NCBI GenBank assembly: GCA_016933455.1
Contig: JAFGAZ010000015.1
Span: 11,583-75,582 of the forward strand
Reading direction: 5' to 3'
DNA: 64,000 nucleotides
Origin: Candidatus Aenigmatarchaeota archaeon
Lineage (GTDB): Archaea > Aenigmatarchaeota > Aenigmatarchaeia > Aenigmatarchaeales > Aenigmatarchaeaceae
Below the pieces are notes generated by a model. The model was not told the DNA's origin and did not search any database. It saw only the letters and a list, made by a program, of their open reading frames with translations. This document shows positions 51,816 through 60,398 of the stretch, piece after piece; position 1 is the first letter of the stretch, and every line of letters starts with the position of its first letter. Made by a program: the position numbers and the translations under genes.

Positions 51816-52319
51816 ATGAAATCTTCTATCTGCGAAGAATGCCTCAAGAAAAATGTTTTGTGCGACACATGCAACAAGAAACTTGCCGCAAGAAAAACCA
51901 GCGCAGAGGAGATAGATGTTCTAAGGTTCATATACAAGCTTTCCGAAAAGAACGCTTCTCTAAAGGATGTCAAGATCGTTAGGGTCTTGGACCAAAGCGC
52001 CCTTCTCATAGTAACCGGCAGGGGGGATGCTGCAAAGCTTGTTGGCAAGGGCGGCACCATTGTCAAGCTCATAGCCAAAAAGTACAAGAAATCAATCAGG
52101 ATTTTAGAGGAAGCCCCAAATTTTAACCGCTTTGTCGAGAATCTTCTAAACCCGGCAGATGTATCAGGCATAAACACTTTGTACAAAGACAGTGAGGAGA
52201 TAACAAGAATTAGGGTGCCAGAGTTCCAAAGAAACCGCATGATACTAACTCCAGAGGACTTTTCTCAGGTTGTCTCTTGCTTTTTCAAGAAAAAAGCAGA
52301 GCTTGTTTTCGATGTCTAG
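51816..52319 (+). CDS. NusA-like KH-domain RNA-binding protein with N-terminal Cys4 motif
   Basis: Has CEEC...CDTC, the KH GxxG loop VGKGGTIVKLIAKK, and a second KH-like segment FVENLLNPADVSGI. A TATA-like TTTATATA (51786-51793) lies 30 nt upstream of the ATG. Confidence 0.5.
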   Translation: MKSSICEECLKKNVLCDTCNKKLAARKTSAEEIDVLRFIYKLSEKNASLKDVKIVRVLDQSALLIVTGRGDAAKLVGKGGTIVKLIAKKYKKSIRILEEAPNFNRFVENLLNPADVSGINTLYKDSEEITRIRVPEFQRNRMILTPEDFSQVVSCFFKKKAELVFDV

Positions 52320-52924
52320 ATGCTTTCAAGACCTTTTATCAGCTTCTTGTAGGGGAATGTCAAGGCTGTCATGCCTAGCAGTACTCCGTTTATAGCGCCT
52401 GCCAAAACATCCAAGGGAAAGTGGACCCCAACATATATCCTGCTTATTGCCACGAGAATTGCCAGAACAATCAGGAACGGTCTTGCCTTCTTTGACAAAG
52501 CTCCGAGAATAGTTGCCCCTGAGAACGCCCTTTGGGTGTGGCCTGAGGGGAAGCTGGGTCCTATTTCCGTGTCGAATCTGAGCATCTTTATGTCTGAAAA
52601 CATCTGGTCCGGTCTTGGCCTTTTGAAAAATGTTTTCAAAACCGCAAGAAACAGCGTGTCCAAGACAAAGCATATCATCAGATAAGCTGATGCCTTTCTC
52701 TTCTTTTCCATCCAAAGAATTATTATCGAAAGTATCCAGAAAATAGAAGAGCCTGCATATGTTATGACAAAGAACATAGAGTCAAGAAAGCTGCTGTTTA
52801 TCCCGTTCAGCGTTAGGAATATTGTTTTGTCCAAAGCGATAACATTTGGCAAGAAGAGTATCAGCGCAGCGCATAACATGGCATACAAAACAATGCCAAG
52901 CATAATCTTCTTTAAGGGCTCCAT
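52316..52924 (-). CDS. PAP2-family membrane phosphatase (e.g. polyprenyl-diphosphate phosphatase)
   Basis: The three PAP2 motifs are present: KTFFKRPRP, PSGH and SRIYVGVHFPLDV. The protein is multi-TM. Confidence 0.8.
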   Translation of the reverse strand: MEPLKKIMLGIVLYAMLCAALILFLPNVIALDKTIFLTLNGINSSFLDSMFFVITYAGSSIFWILSIIILWMEKKRKASAYLMICFVLDTLFLAVLKTFFKRPRPDQMFSDIKMLRFDTEIGPSFPSGHTQRAFSGATILGALSKKARPFLIVLAILVAISRIYVGVHFPLDVLAGAINGVLLGMTALTFPYKKLIKGLESI

Positions 52925-52951
52925 GAAAATAATAGATATAGACGCAATATA

Positions 52952-53227
52952 ATGATTCTTATGAGAAAGCTGATGTTGTCCGTGGCCTTGGCAGTTGTTG
53001 TTGCCATTGTGGCTGTTGTGATATTTGTTTTAGAGAGCTATTTCGGCATGGGAGACGACTATAACATAATAGTCTGGAACTTTGTTCTTTCATTGATAAT
53101 TGTTGTTGCCATAGTCAATGTCATTTTAATCAAGCGCAGGAAAAAGAAGAAAAAGAAGAAGAAAAACAAAAAGACCCTTGAAGTTTACAACAGCCCAAGG
53201 GATAGCTACAACTCGGAATATTATTAA
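52952..53227 (+). CDS. small membrane protein with poly-lysine tract
   Basis: Two TM helices are followed by RRKKKKKKKKNKK. Confidence 0.45.
   Translation: MILMRKLMLSVALAVVVAIVAVVIFVLESYFGMGDDYNIIVWNFVLSLIIVVAIVNVILIKRRKKKKKKKKNKKTLEVYNSPRDSYNSEYY
53139..53175 (+). repeat. homopurine (AAG/AAA)n simple tract encoding the poly-Lys run
   Basis: The tract reads aggaaaaagaagaaaaagaagaagaaaaacaaaaaga, with 29 consecutive purines at 53139-53167. Confidence 0.8.
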
Positions 53228-53251
53228 ATTTCCAATACCAATTTCTAATTC

Positions 53252-54061
53252 ATGCCGACAAACGTTACCATCCACTATGCCAAGGCGCAGGAAAAGTACA
53301 TCAAAGCAAAGACCAGGGAAGAGAAGATTGCGGCTTTGGAGGAGATGATAAAGGAGGCCCCGTCCCACAAGGGAGGGGAGAACCTACGAAAGGAACTAAA
53401 GCAAAGGCTAGCCAGGCTTAGGCAGAAAAAGGAGGCCAGCACCTCAAGAAGAAGCTTTATGATCCCAAAGAAGGGCGATGCCCAGATTTGCATTCTCGGT
53501 GCCACACAATCAGGAAAGTCCACCCTTTTATCCAAGCTCACCAATGCCAAGCCCAAGATAACTTCCCATGCTTACACGACTGAAAAGCCGGAGATTGGCA
53601 CCTGCGACTATCTGGGCGTCAAGTTCCAGATGATAGAAATACCCTCGACTTATAGGCCTGTTTTCATGAGCATAGCCCATTGCGCTGACGCTCTTGTCTT
53701 GGTTTACAACAAAAAAGAGGAGCTAAAGGAAGTAAGAGAAGTTCTGGAGGGCTTTAGGATACAAAAGCCTTTCATAGAGGTAAGCCGAGACGAGGACCTT
53801 GACACCATAAAGGAGAAGCTGTGGGAAATTCTTGGCATGATAAAGATATACACCAAGGAGCCTGGCAAAAAGCCGAGCAAAAAGCCCATGGTCATGCCAA
53901 AGGGCTCAACTGTACAGGACGCTGCAAGGGTTTTGCACAACGACTTTCAGGATTATTTCAATTTCGCAAGGGTTTGGGGTTCGTCAAAGTATCCCGGGGA
54001 AAGGGTGGGACCAGAGTACGAATTGGAAGATGACGACATTCTAGAGGTCCACATCACTTGA
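53252..54061 (+). CDS. short DRG-like TGS-domain NTPase with degenerate G3/G4 motifs
   Basis: Has a DRG-type N-terminal helix (HKGGENLRKELKQRLARLRQ), G1 GATQSGKS, G2 YTT and a C-terminal TGS domain (PKGSTVQDAARVLHNDF). IEIPS stands where DxxG is expected, and NKKE replaces NKxD. Confidence 0.65.
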   Translation: MPTNVTIHYAKAQEKYIKAKTREEKIAALEEMIKEAPSHKGGENLRKELKQRLARLRQKKEASTSRRSFMIPKKGDAQICILGATQSGKSTLLSKLTNAKPKITSHAYTTEKPEIGTCDYLGVKFQMIEIPSTYRPVFMSIAHCADALVLVYNKKEELKEVREVLEGFRIQKPFIEVSRDEDLDTIKEKLWEILGMIKIYTKEPGKKPSKKPMVMPKGSTVQDAARVLHNDFQDYFNFARVWGSSKYPGERVGPEYELEDDDILEVHIT

Positions 54062-54074
54062 CGTTTATAAATAT

Positions 54075-54467
54075 TTGCCGTGCCCTAATAGTATTATGAG
54101 CATTTCCGCACCAACGCAAGCCATGCCAGAGAAGTGGTATTCTTCCATAGAAAAGAGCAGGGAAAAGGCAAACAAGCTGCTAAGAAAGGTTGTGGCAGTT
54201 GACATGAAGACTTCGATTGTTGTGGGAAAGCTAGACGACGTTTCTTTGGACAAGCTTTTTCGCATACAATATCCTTTTTGCAAGCTCACCCTAAGCCATG
54301 CAAAAAAGTACAACACCAACCAGAGGCTTGAGCCCTCCCAGGAGAGCGACCAGATAGCCTTTGTTAACAAGCCCGAGATGATAATGGATATCCAGGAGCT
54401 GTCTTCAAGATTTCCAGAGATTCACGCTGACACTCATGTTGATATAAAGAGGGGGAGGTTTGACTAG
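54075..54467 (+). CDS. hypothetical protein (up to 130 aa; start uncertain)
   Basis: ORF only. The track start is a TTG; internal ATGs exist. Confidence 0.35.
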   Translation: MPCPNSIMSISAPTQAMPEKWYSSIEKSREKANKLLRKVVAVDMKTSIVVGKLDDVSLDKLFRIQYPFCKLTLSHAKKYNTNQRLEPSQESDQIAFVNKPEMIMDIQELSSRFPEIHADTHVDIKRGRFD

Positions 54468-54468
54468 T

Positions 54469-54654
54469 ATGGCATTAAAGCAGATGGAAGAAAAGGGAGA
54501 CGAGGACAAGGTAAATTGTCCCCAATGCGGACAGAAAGCTCTTCTCATAGAAGCCAGGTTCATAAGATGGCTCACATGTCCGAATTGCAAGTTCAAGAAG
54601 CTAATAGAAAAGAAAGACGACTCTACAAAGGTCAAGATAGTTTCTTTAAAGTAA
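54469..54654 (+). CDS. small zinc-ribbon protein (61 aa)
   Basis: Has CPQCG...CPNC. The ATG at 54469 lies 10 nt downstream of GGGGGAGG. Confidence 0.5.
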   Translation: MALKQMEEKGDEDKVNCPQCGQKALLIEARFIRWLTCPNCKFKKLIEKKDDSTKVKIVSLK

Positions 54655-54687
54655 ATTTTTAAATGGCATTCATTATAATTCTTTAAT

Positions 54688-56025
54688 ATGCCTAACAATT
54701 ATTCTGAAAGTTTGAACAATGTTCTAGAGAAAAGCAAGATACAAATAGGAAATAGAATCATAGTGACAAAAGGAAAGCAGTGCTACGAGGGCTTTCTCAT
54801 GCCAAGAAACGATTCAGGGGACGGCAGTTTCATTGTTCTAAAGCTTGACAGCGGCTACAACATAGGCGTAAAGTTTGGAAGTGATGTTGAAATCAAAAAG
54901 TGCAAAGAGCAGGCCAAGAAAAAACAAGTTGTTGAGAAAACAAAGGCAAAGTTCGATTCCAAAAAGCCTACAATAAGCTTCATATCAACAGGCGGAACCA
55001 TTGTCTCAAGGGTCGATTACAAGACAGGGGGAGTTGCCCCGTTGGAAAAGCCAGAGGACCTTTTGGCAGGAGTGCCGGAACTTTACGACATTGTCAACAT
55101 AAAGAATGTTCTAAATCCAATTAGCAAGGCGTCCGAGGACATGCATCCAAAGGACTGGCAAAAGCTTGCAGATGTTGTTGCAAAGGAGCTGCAGACAAGC
55201 GACGGCGTTGTCATAGCGCACGGCACAGACACCATGCACTATACTTCGGCTGCATTGTCCTTCATGCTAAAGAATCTGTCAAAGCCCGTTGTAATCGTTG
55301 GTTCGCAAAGGTCGTCCGACAGGGGCAGTAGCGACGCTGCAATGAATCTTATATGCGCTGCACACTTGGCAGTTTCTGATATTGCAGAGGTTGGCATATG
55401 CATGCACGGAACTATTGATGATCAATATTGCAATTTCACAAGGGGCACAAAGGCAAGGAAAATGCATTCAACAAGAAGGGACGCTTTCAGGAGCATCAAC
55501 GAGCCGCCTTTGGCAAAGGTTTATCCTGACGGCAGGATTGTCATAATTAACAATAATTACAAAAAAAGAAGCAAGGGCAAAGTTGTTGCTGACACAAAGT
55601 TCGAGCACAATATCGCAATGCTTAAAATTTATCCGGGAAGCGACCCGGAAATACTAGAGCATCTTGTCAAGAAAGGGTACAAGGGAATTGTAATAGAAGG
55701 GACCGGCATGGGCCATGTTCCTACCAACTCGGAAATTTCCTGGATACCTGCTATCAAGAAAATAATAAAAAAAGGCATACCTATTGTCATGGCAACGCAG
55801 ACAATATATGGCAGGGTCAACACCAAGGTTTACACCAATCTTAGGATTTTATTTAGCGAGGCAAAAGCCATACCAGCAGAGGACATGACTCCCGAAACAG
55901 CATATGTAAAGCTGGGTTTTGTTCTTGGTCATGAGAGCAACATGGATAAGGTAAGAGAGATGATTTTAACCAACATGGCAGGGGAAATAACAGACAGGAC
56001 GGAAATCGATACTTTCATGGTGTAG
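54688..56025 (+). CDS. gatD: Glu-tRNA(Gln) amidotransferase subunit D (GatD)
   Basis: An N-terminal AD1-like domain is followed by an asparaginase fold. Motifs are ISTGGTI with the catalytic Thr, HGTDTM, and a C-terminal GTGMGHV. Length is 445 aa. Confidence 0.9.
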   Translation: MPNNYSESLNNVLEKSKIQIGNRIIVTKGKQCYEGFLMPRNDSGDGSFIVLKLDSGYNIGVKFGSDVEIKKCKEQAKKKQVVEKTKAKFDSKKPTISFISTGGTIVSRVDYKTGGVAPLEKPEDLLAGVPELYDIVNIKNVLNPISKASEDMHPKDWQKLADVVAKELQTSDGVVIAHGTDTMHYTSAALSFMLKNLSKPVVIVGSQRSSDRGSSDAAMNLICAAHLAVSDIAEVGICMHGTIDDQYCNFTRGTKARKMHSTRRDAFRSINEPPLAKVYPDGRIVIINNNYKKRSKGKVVADTKFEHNIAMLKIYPGSDPEILEHLVKKGYKGIVIEGTGMGHVPTNSEISWIPAIKKIIKKGIPIVMATQTIYGRVNTKVYTNLRILFSEAKAIPAEDMTPETAYVKLGFVLGHESNMDKVREMILTNMAGEITDRTEIDTFMV

Positions 56026-56027
56026 CT

Positions 56028-56300
56028 ATGTTGGAAAGCTTTGCTGAGATTTTGGGTATTGTTGTCACGGTTTATGGAGTTATGATGGCTGTTGCCAACT
56101 TTCCGCAGGCTATGAAGATAATCCAAAAGAAGAGCTGCGACGACGTTTCAATAACAACATATCTGATACTTTTTCCAGGAACAGTGTTTTGGATTCTTTA
56201 CGGCATTAGCATAAGCAATTTTCCAGTCACCTTTACTAACGCACTTTCTATGATATCAGTTCTTAGTGTCATAGTTGTTTACTTAATTTACAGAAAGTAA
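56028..56300 (+). CDS. SemiSWEET (PQ-loop, 3-TM) sugar transporter family protein
   Basis: 90 aa with three TM segments. The NFPQAMKIIQKKS...S PQ-loop motif and WILYG resemble bacterial SemiSWEETs. It starts 3 nt after the gatD stop. Confidence 0.75.
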   Translation: MLESFAEILGIVVTVYGVMMAVANFPQAMKIIQKKSCDDVSITTYLILFPGTVFWILYGISISNFPVTFTNALSMISVLSVIVVYLIYRK

Positions 56301-56363
56301 AAACATATTAGAAAGGATTGACCATATAATACCTGAACAAATTAAGATAAAAACGGTGAATAG

Positions 56364-57905
56364 ATGAGACTAACAGCAAGACCAATTGATTTGGAAGCAG
56401 GAGGAAAGTTCATAGTTATTCTAAACAAGGACGATGCAGACTATCTTGGAGTTCGAGCACTAGACAGGGTGTGTCTAAAATACCGAGACAAGACCATAAC
56501 GGCAATAGTTGACACTACAAACAAGTTCACCCTAAAAGGCGAGCTCATAGCAAACGACGACATAACAAAATACTTTGGCCTAAACGGAGGGGAGCACATA
56601 GAGGTAGACCCACAAAACGGCATAGAGTCGACAAAGTACATACGCCAGAAGCTTTGCGGCGCAAGGCTCGAGTACGACAAGATAAAGACTGTGATAAGGG
56701 ACGTTGTTGACAACAAGGTCTCGTCTGTAGAGCTTGCGGCGTTCATAACAGCCCTTCACACGCAGGGCATATCAATAGACGAGGCGGCCAGCCTTTCAAG
56801 GGCAATGGTTGAGACAGGAAGAACACTGAAACTAAAGCAGGAGATAATCTGCGACAAGCACTCGATAGGCGGGATACCCGGAGACAAGACCTCTTTGATA
56901 CTAGTTCCGATTGTTGCAGCTGCCGGCCTTACAATACCCAAGACATCGTCAAAGGCGATAACATCGCCTTCGGGAACAGCAGAGAGAATGGGGGCGCTAG
57001 CTCCAGTCAACCTTTCCTTGGAGGAGATTCAGGAGGTCGTGAAAAAGACCAACGCCTGCCTTGTCTGGGGAGGAGCTTTGGATTTGGCTCCTGCAGACGA
57101 CATGTTCATAAACATAGAGTATCCTTTGGGAATAGACCCCATGCTTTTGCCTTCCATAATGTCAAAGAAAAAGGCAATAGGCGCCAATCATGTTGTAATA
57201 GACATACCAATAGGAAACGAGGCCAAGATAAAAACAGCAGACCAGGCAAGGGAGCTTGCTGAGGATTTCATGGAGCTTGGCAAAAGGCTAAACATGCACA
57301 TAGTGTGCGGTATAACGTACGGCGACCAGCCACTTGGTCACTATATCGGACCTGCCCTTGCTGCAAAGGAGGCTTTGCTAACCCTTAGGGGAAACGGTCC
57401 AAAGGACGTTGTCAGCAAGGCGACAAATCTTGCAGGGCTTCTTTTCGAGGCAGTCGGAAGAGGCAATCGCATGACAGCGCTTCAGATGCTAAAGAGCGGC
57501 AAGGCTGAGAAGAAACTGCGCGAGATAATAGAAGCACAGGGAGGCAATCCCAACATAAAGCCTGATGACTTGCCGATCGGTGAAAAGTACGCCACTGTAA
57601 AGTCGGAATGTGACGGCAGGGTTCTTAGGATAAAGAATTCCGAGATTGTTCTTATTGCAAGAAGGGCCGGCGCTCCTTTGGATGTCGGGGCCGGAATTCA
57701 TCTTAATGTAAAGACGGGCGATTCCGTAAGAAAGGGCGAGACGCTCTTTACAATATTTTCCAACAACTACAACCGTTTGAACGAGGCCTTGGAACTAGCG
57801 GAAAATCTAAAGCCATTGACGGTTGGCAACAAGCAGGAAGAGAAGATGCTTCTTGGAGAGATGAAAGGCACTTGCGAGAAGAGAATATTTGTTTTGGACA
57901 GATGA
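56364..57905 (+). CDS. deoA: AMP phosphorylase (archaeal thymidine-phosphorylase family, DeoA-like)
   Basis: 513 aa. Has the characteristic N-terminal extra domain (MRLTARPIDLEAGGKFIVILNKDDADYLGV) followed by the glycosyl-transferase family-3 core (HSIGGIPGDKTS, TSSKAITSPSGTAE). Confidence 0.85.
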   Translation: MRLTARPIDLEAGGKFIVILNKDDADYLGVRALDRVCLKYRDKTITAIVDTTNKFTLKGELIANDDITKYFGLNGGEHIEVDPQNGIESTKYIRQKLCGARLEYDKIKTVIRDVVDNKVSSVELAAFITALHTQGISIDEAASLSRAMVETGRTLKLKQEIICDKHSIGGIPGDKTSLILVPIVAAAGLTIPKTSSKAITSPSGTAERMGALAPVNLSLEEIQEVVKKTNACLVWGGALDLAPADDMFINIEYPLGIDPMLLPSIMSKKKAIGANHVVIDIPIGNEAKIKTADQARELAEDFMELGKRLNMHIVCGITYGDQPLGHYIGPALAAKEALLTLRGNGPKDVVSKATNLAGLLFEAVGRGNRMTALQMLKSGKAEKKLREIIEAQGGNPNIKPDDLPIGEKYATVKSECDGRVLRIKNSEIVLIARRAGAPLDVGAGIHLNVKTGDSVRKGETLFTIFSNNYNRLNEALELAENLKPLTVGNKQEEKMLLGEMKGTCEKRIFVLDR

Positions 57906-57907
57906 AA

Positions 57908-60364
57908 CTAACCTGCCATTTCTGCTTGAATTTCTGACTGCGTCAAAGCCTTTTCAAATATCTTGACCTCGTCTATTGTTCCGTCAAAGAGCTTCCAGTT
58001 TGCTCCGGGATTGTTACCTATCCAAGCTGAAATAGTGTTGTCAGTTGCTATGCTTCCGGTTTTTGCTGTTATACCCACCTGAATTCCGTTCTTGTACAAT
58101 ATCATGTGCGTTGAGTTGTAAACTGCGGCAGCATGTGTCCATGTCCCTGTCTGCAGTTCGTCTGAGCTGTCTGGCAAGTCATCTCCGTATAGTGTGGCAG
58201 TTCCGCCCACGCTAGTTTTCAGTCTGAACCTCAAGTAATAAGGCGAGCTGCCTATGGTGCTTAGCATCCACCAATGATCCTGTTCATCCTGGCCTGTTGC
58301 CTTTGATATTATTCTCTGGTCAGAAGTTCCAAAATCATCTACTTTTATCCAAGCCATCATTGTCATTTCACTACCTGTAATATCCATAGTTCCTATGTCG
58401 ACATAATCGTCGTATCCGTCAAATTCCAAACAGTTTCCGTTATTGCAATCGCTTCCTGTTTTCCATGCTGAATCAGTAAACGTAGTCAATGTGCTTCCGT
58501 ATTCTATCTGGAAAGCGTCTACCCACAAATTACCCGTAGCACTACCTACCAAACCCAAAGTAAAATTATACTTAACAGCGCCTGGAGGTGGTACGTGAGT
58601 TGTATAAGACCTTTTCCAATCCCATGTACCTGTACCACTTCCTATTTTCGAATCAGGATATCTTGTATACGGAGAGCTTGTGTAACTAGTAATCTCATTA
58701 TCTGATGAATCATACCATCTTCCTATAATCAATGCATAATGCCATGATACCGAACCTAAAACTATATTTTCACCCTTGCTGTAAGTGCTTATTGTAATAG
58801 GATTATCGGTTGTAACAGGAATAGAAACAGGACCTGCATACTCAGAATAACTGTCTCCCGTAAGATCTTGAAACCTTGAAGATTTAGATACATGATAAAA
58901 ATCACTTGAAACGATGTCCCATGTTCCTCCTCCACTTCCCCAACCAGTTTTATCTGATTCAAAGCTCGGGTTTGTAATCTGGTTTCTCCCACTAGCATAA
59001 ATAGTGCCGTCGTTGCTGCCAGCACTGTCAACTGCTATTGAACCTGATCCTTCGTCAAAGCTCCAGAAGACTATTGGATTTGCTTCTTCTATTTCATATT
59101 TTTGATATTCTTGTTGTATTTCTTCCTGTGCAAGTTCCGTGTTATATATTAAAATCTCGTCTATTGTGCCGTCGAAATAATTGGTGCCATCGCTTCTTCT
59201 ACCAATATTCAAGTTGGCAGAATTGCCAAAGCCATAACCGCTAGGACTAGAGTCATCAATGCGAATTCCGTTGACATAAACCTTTATGCTGCTTGTTCCG
59301 TCGAATGTGAATGCTACGTGGGTCCATTCGTTGAGTGGTATGACGTTTCCAAGATTTCCTCTGTAATAGTTGACGCCCCCGTAGCGGTACTGTGCCATTA
59401 TCGAACCTGTGCTGCCCGACCTTGCTATTATGTAACTACCGTCCCCTCCATTCCCTTCGCTTATTATCCTGTCATAAGCGTCCCACGTGTCTGGTTTTAT
59501 CCACATCATGACAGTTATCTCACCGACTACATTAAGAGTGCTATCATCTCCGCAGTTAAGGTATTCGTCTGCACCGTTGAATCTTAAGCCTTGATTTGAT
59601 ATGCCGCTTACCCAATCAGTTGTTTCCATGTTGATGAGATTACAGTCGTTTCCATTGCCGGAAGTATCTGATGCGACAAAGTCGCCGCTGTCGTCAAAAT
59701 TCCAGAAACCTATTATGCCTGTTTCGGGATAGCCACAAACATTCGAGATGCACACCTCGCTACAACAATCGCTTTCTGATGTACAAGTTTCTCCGTCTTC
59801 TTTACACGGCTCTTCACAGTCATTGTCATTGGCATAGTTGCAGTCCAAGCCGCAGCATTCGTTGTTGTTATAGCAGCCGCAGTCAGGGTCCTCTGAAATT
59901 GTGCAGTCGCTTGGGCATTTACCATCACATAAACCGTTCGTTATGCAATCTGGCTCGGATTCTCCTGGCAAAGTTTTTGAAGAAGAGCCTCCCTGCCCTG
60001 AAGACACGCTTATCACAGCTCCTGGTTCAGGATCGAAAGACAGAGTCACAACCCCTATATCGTCTTCGTGTATTGTGGAAGGAACAATCGTTGCGCTGCT
60101 GTCAGCAACTCCGTCAACAAAAACAACTATATTGGTTGCATCCCCCCTTCCTGTGTTTCTTACATACACCTCTCTTTCAGGAAGATAAACCGACTCTATG
60201 CTAAGAGTTGATAGTAATGTTTTGGAAGTTTGCTCTGCAGCCTCAATGCCGCTTTGGGCGGTTTCAGAGACAGTGACGCTAAAGAAGCTGTAGGTTAGTG
60301 ATACGAGTGAGACCGCTATGATAAGTATTAGTATTGAAACGATAATAGCAGATACGCCTTTCAT
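57908..60364 (-). CDS. archaeal type IV pilin-like (class III signal peptide) adhesin with Cys-rich linker, two LamG domains and a CBM-like jelly roll (818 aa)
   Basis: The N-terminus MKGVSAIIVSILILIIAVSLVSL (60281-60364) fits the prepilin motif [KR]-G-[V]-[S]-[A]-[I] plus a hydrophobic helix (DUF361-like). Two LamG_3 C-terminal signatures are present: FDGTIDEILIYNTELAQEEI and FDGTIDEVKIFEKALTQSEI. The middle region has NPSFE...GW...LWVDAFQIE. Confidence 0.8.
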   Translation of the reverse strand: MKGVSAIIVSILILIIAVSLVSLTYSFFSVTVSETAQSGIEAAEQTSKTLLSTLSIESVYLPEREVYVRNTGRGDATNIVVFVDGVADSSATIVPSTIHEDDIGVVTLSFDPEPGAVISVSSGQGGSSSKTLPGESEPDCITNGLCDGKCPSDCTISEDPDCGCYNNNECCGLDCNYANDNDCEEPCKEDGETCTSESDCCSEVCISNVCGYPETGIIGFWNFDDSGDFVASDTSGNGNDCNLINMETTDWVSGISNQGLRFNGADEYLNCGDDSTLNVVGEITVMMWIKPDTWDAYDRIISEGNGGDGSYIIARSGSTGSIMAQYRYGGVNYYRGNLGNVIPLNEWTHVAFTFDGTSSIKVYVNGIRIDDSSPSGYGFGNSANLNIGRRSDGTNYFDGTIDEILIYNTELAQEEIQQEYQKYEIEEANPIVFWSFDEGSGSIAVDSAGSNDGTIYASGRNQITNPSFESDKTGWGSGGGTWDIVSSDFYHVSKSSRFQDLTGDSYSEYAGPVSIPVTTDNPITISTYSKGENIVLGSVSWHYALIIGRWYDSSDNEITSYTSSPYTRYPDSKIGSGTGTWDWKRSYTTHVPPPGAVKYNFTLGLVGSATGNLWVDAFQIEYGSTLTTFTDSAWKTGSDCNNGNCLEFDGYDDYVDIGTMDITGSEMTMMAWIKVDDFGTSDQRIISKATGQDEQDHWWMLSTIGSSPYYLRFRLKTSVGGTATLYGDDLPDSSDELQTGTWTHAAAVYNSTHMILYKNGIQVGITAKTGSIATDNTISAWIGNNPGANWKLFDGTIDEVKIFEKALTQSEIQAEMAG

Positions 60365-60398
60365 AAGAGTTATATTCTAGTCCCGTAATAAATATCAT

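Noticed and set aside
51740-52240. 166-aa minus-strand ORF opposite the NusA-like KH protein gene
   Set aside because: The plus-strand ORF has a Cys4 motif, a KH GxxG loop and a TATA 30 nt upstream. The minus-strand product is low-complexity and hydrophobic.
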